DNA from: Macrostomum lignano
Lineage: Eukaryota
Assembly (NCBI GenBank): GCA_002269645.1
Contig: NIVC01000195.1
Span: forward strand, 372,001-436,000
Length of the DNA: 64,000 nt
Direction: 5' to 3'
The notes under the pieces were generated by a model. That model saw only the letters and a program-made list of their open reading frames with translations, did not search any database and was not told where the DNA came from. Shown here piece by piece: positions 60,520 to 64,000 of the stretch. The position numbers and the translations under genes were made by a program. The stretch's first letter is position 1. Each line of letters opens with the position of its first letter.

Positions 60520-61212
60520 GAGTGAGAGGTGAGAGTGGGACTGAGTGAGAGGTGAGAGTGGGAGAGGTGAGAGTGGGAGAGGTGAGAGTGGGACTGAGAG
60601 GTGAGAGTGGGACTGAGAGGTGAGATTAGAACTGAGTGAGAGGTGAGAGTGGGACTGAGTGAGGGGTGAGAGTGGGACAGAGTGAGGGGTGAGAGTGGGA
60701 CAGAGTGAGGGGTGAGAGTGGGACTGAGTGAGGGGTGAGAGTGGGACAGAGTGAGGGGTGAGAGTGGGAGAGGTGAGAGTGGGACAGAGTGAGGGGTGAG
60801 AGTGGGAGAGGTGAGAGTGGGACAGAGTGAGGGGTGAGAGTGGGACAGAGTGAGGGGTAAGAGTGGGACAGAGTGAGGGGTGAGAGTGGGACAGAGTGAG
60901 GGGTAAGAGTGGGACAGAGTGAGGGGTGAGAGTGGGACAGAGTGAGGGGTAAGAGTGGGACAGAGTGAGGGGTGAGAGTGGGACAGAGTGAGGGGTGAGA
61001 GTGGGACAGAGTGAGGGGTGAGAGTGGGACAGAGTGAGGGGTGAGAGTGGGACAGAGTGAGGGTGGGACTGAGTAAGAGGTGAGAATGAGGCTGAGTGAA
61101 GGTGAGAGTGGGAGAGGTGAGAGTGGGACTGAGAGGTGAGAGTGGGACTGAGTGAGAGGTGAGGGTGGGACTGAGTGAGAGGCGAGAGTGGTACTGAGTG
61201 AGGTGAGAGTGC
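60520..61212. repeat. Purine-rich minisatellite, ~23-bp unit (GAGTGAGGGGTGAGAGTGGGACA), ~30 copies
   Basis: Tandem GGTGAGAGTGGGA motif with shorter variants. Confidence 0.93.
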
Positions 61213-61923
61213 CAGAGATGACAAAGATAACAGCAGTGAAAGATAACACGCAGGAGCCGAGCTGCTTGCAGCCAGTGATACACAAGCCAGTTGCTATGCG
61301 GGCCGCACTATCTAAAGAAATCGACAACGGTGTTAGCATAAAGCCGCTAGAAAGTCATCAATGAAGATCTAAAGCCGCATTAACATTCCGAGTCCAGAGT
61401 CCATCACAGCGGAATCTCAGTGCTCAATTGGGATTAAACAGACGGTGATACAAGAGAAGGGATGAGAAAACGCTAAGGTGACGCCGGGCCGGTGCGGGTC
61501 ACCGAGCTAAGCAGGATTCATAAAAAAGCAACTTTGCCCGGTTGCCAAGCCCCCCCCCCCAATTGCAGGCTTCGGGGGGATCGGGGAAATTCGGAAATGA
61601 TCGCCTGCTCCAATGCGCTCACTCCTACTAATCCCCTCGGCTGGGATCACAATCCCAGATCGCCGCGGCTGAGGAGAGGCTGGGAGCAGGGGAGGAGGGC
61701 GGCTGGCAGCCAATGCCGGGCGGGGCAAGCAGGCCAGCCAATGGGGCCGGCGGGGCCGCAGCAAACATTTTCCCCTCTTGACGGGGAGGCCCGAGTGGGA
61801 AAAGTGAAAAAGAAAAGCCCTAACGAAGACTGCCAAGTCACCGGAACAGCTCGCCAAGGCCCTGTCACTCCAGCAGAGTTCCCAGCATCGCAAGCCATCA
61901 CCTTCAAGCACCTCAAGCTCGCC

Positions 61924-64000
61924 ATGGACCGCCTACTCAGCAGCGGCATCAAGGCGGCGCTGCCCCAGCCATCGCGGGGCGCCAAGTTCTCCGTGCGCTC
62001 CCTGCTGAACCTGGACGACGATTTGCCGTCGGCGACGGTGGCTGCCACGACAGTGACTGCGGCTGTGGATCAGCAGCAGCAGCAGCAGCTGTTGCGACAA
62101 GGTGAGGCTGAGACACTGATCTTTGCTCTGCTGATTGCTCTGCTTCTAAGCATAGTGGGGATTGCTACGAGGGTGGGGGCAACTCGCGCTAATGCATTTA
62201 CGGTTGAGAGATGAGATTCAATCCAGAGCTGCTGGAAAGATTTTTTCGGGATTCGTATCTGGGGATGGGATCTCAGACAGCAGCAATTAGGCCCCCCCCA
62301 GCTTCAGATCCTCATCTCAGGCAACGAAGCACAGTTGAAGAAGACGATGAGAAAAGGTAAAAGGGGAGCGAGTGAGTAGGGGAGGGGGACTCAGCCAGGC
62401 AAAGTTTCCAGTTGGAGCAACTCATTAAGAGCGATGCGCCGAGCTGGATGGCAAACAAGGGTGAAAAAGCCTTCGCTATGCAGCAAGGCCGATTTGCAAC
62501 AGCAGCAGACAAAAGCGGACGGCACGCCAGGGCACGGCTGGCTGAGCAGGCGCGCAGATTAGCGGGGGAGTCGCTGAGTTGGAAGCCGCATGGCCACACA
62601 GATACGGCAGGCAAGTCATGCAACAGCCCTGCCGCTTAATCAAACTGATTTTTAAAACAAAGAGCTGCTTGGCAGTTGAGTCCGGGGCGGAGGGGAAGGA
62701 CAGCGAGGCTGAGGATTCCAGCGCATCATTTCGATCTCCCGCGGCGTCAGTTTTGGAAGGCCGCTGTAAAGGCGTTTCTAATGGCCGGCCGTGTTTGCCC
62801 GCCGGGCACGCGGAAGAGGCCCGGAGTGACGGCGGTCAGCTGGGCACTGAACTGGCTTTCAGGCATTGATTTGGGGCGAATGCGACAGCCGCAGAGCACT
62901 CTCTCAGTATCAGAGACTCGCACAGGTGCGGGCTCAGCGTGACGCCTCTCTCTCTCTCTCTCTCTCTTTGTTCGCGAGCCGCCATCAATCGGAGAGCACG
63001 GGAGGGGTGGCAAATGGGCGCATAGGTGGCTTTTAAACAGTTTCTGCTTTAGAAGCGCCAGAGGGGGGGGGGGCGGAGTCCGCTTCGATTGCTTTTCGGC
63101 CAGCGCATTCACAATGGGAATAGATCGATAGCAGCGGGACAGAGGGCCGCGTGTGCAGCAATGCCGGGAGAAATGGCGATTCCGCAACTGCCGGCGAAAA
63201 CGACTGGATTGGCAAAGCATGAAGCAGAGGGTGATGGGGATTTCACTGCAGCAATATTCGATCCGAGAGGAGCAGTGAGCAGGCCAGCGCCTGGCAATTA
63301 AGTGTGTTTAGCTCAAATTCGGCCACCGTGTGGCTTCAAGTCAAAGGCTGATTGCGCAATCCCTTATACTCACTCCAGTGCGAGTGGCCCCGGCAACCCC
63401 GGGGAACTTCAATCAAAATTGCCAACTGTCCAAGCGGAAAGGGGGAGGCTCGTAAAACATATAGAATTGAAGGTGACAAGAGAAATTGGCAACAGGTCGG
63501 GAGAGGGGCAGGGGCGAAAAACTTTCCCATAGCAAGCCGCGCGTGAAATGCTGAGATGGGCCGGGGCTGTCATTAAAGCTTCAATTTCGATCCCTGATCC
63601 CCGTTGTCCGGCAGAGCCACCCCAGCCGGGTCTCCAAGGCCCCAGCGATCGATTGTTATCTAGCGCAGGCGCAAAGACAATAAGTCAAAAAAGCAAGGGG
63701 CCCTCGCAACAGGGCATGGAAGGTTCCGAAGGGGATGATTGGGGATAAGCCTTCCAGATGTCAGGGTCTCAGATTACATCTACAAGCTACTAAGCTGAGC
63801 GCCATTGTTGCTCAGCGCAGACTCAAAAATGATTTCGGCCCTCAATTCACTGTGCCCGCAGGCGGCAGTCCCGGCGGCGGCAGCAGCGAGCGCTGGCCCT
63901 GCAGCTCTGAGGCGGACGAAGCGGCCCCGCTGCCGTCCAGCGGCTGCTACGAGCTGGACGAATACACGGACGAATACGAGGGCGACGCCGAAGAGGAGGC
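61924..64000 (+). CDS. Probable NK/ANTP-class homeobox transcription factor, 5' part; exon 61924-62101 and exon from 63862 running off the window
   Basis: N-terminal eh1/TN-like FSVRSLLNL, polyQ, phase-1 donor G|GTGAGG and acceptor CCCGCAG|GC giving open Gly/Ser then acidic frame; homeodomain not visible in window. Confidence 0.55.

Noticed and set aside
96-61212. Regularly spaced repeats as CRISPR arrays
   Set aside because: Units are head-to-tail with no unique spacers, no cas genes, and the context is an intron-containing eukaryotic genome

Overview
Eukaryotic (animal) genomic DNA, not prokaryotic: GC-rich exons split by GT-AG introns, AT-rich spacers and about 25 distinct minisatellite arrays, many filling introns. 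This style suggests a flatworm such as Macrostomum (inference only). Genes, with exon phases checked by hand: a complete VIT-vWA (VWA5A-like) gene and a 5'-truncated mosaic paralog (both -), MCM8 (+), GID4 (-), a GT32/DXD glycosyltransferase (+), an intronless DEG/ENaC channel (-), an invertebrate claudin (-), DUS3L (+), eIF3g (+, frameshift in exon 1), a Bicaudal-C-like KH protein without SAM (-), NOL4-like (+), the last exon of anamorsin (-) and the start of a probable eh1/TN-motif homeobox gene (+). Mobile DNA: a Merlin/IS1595-type non-autonomous element with 8-bp TSD, a hAT MITE with perfect TSD, two Harbinger/Tourist-like MITEs, a long inverted repeat, a CORE-like SINE remnant and a degenerate Penelope-type hammerhead. 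The most unusual signal is a 286-bp exact copy of a specific stretch of a satellite 7.3 kb away, inserted between two identical 127-bp direct repeats. No clearly new multi-gene system is evident.
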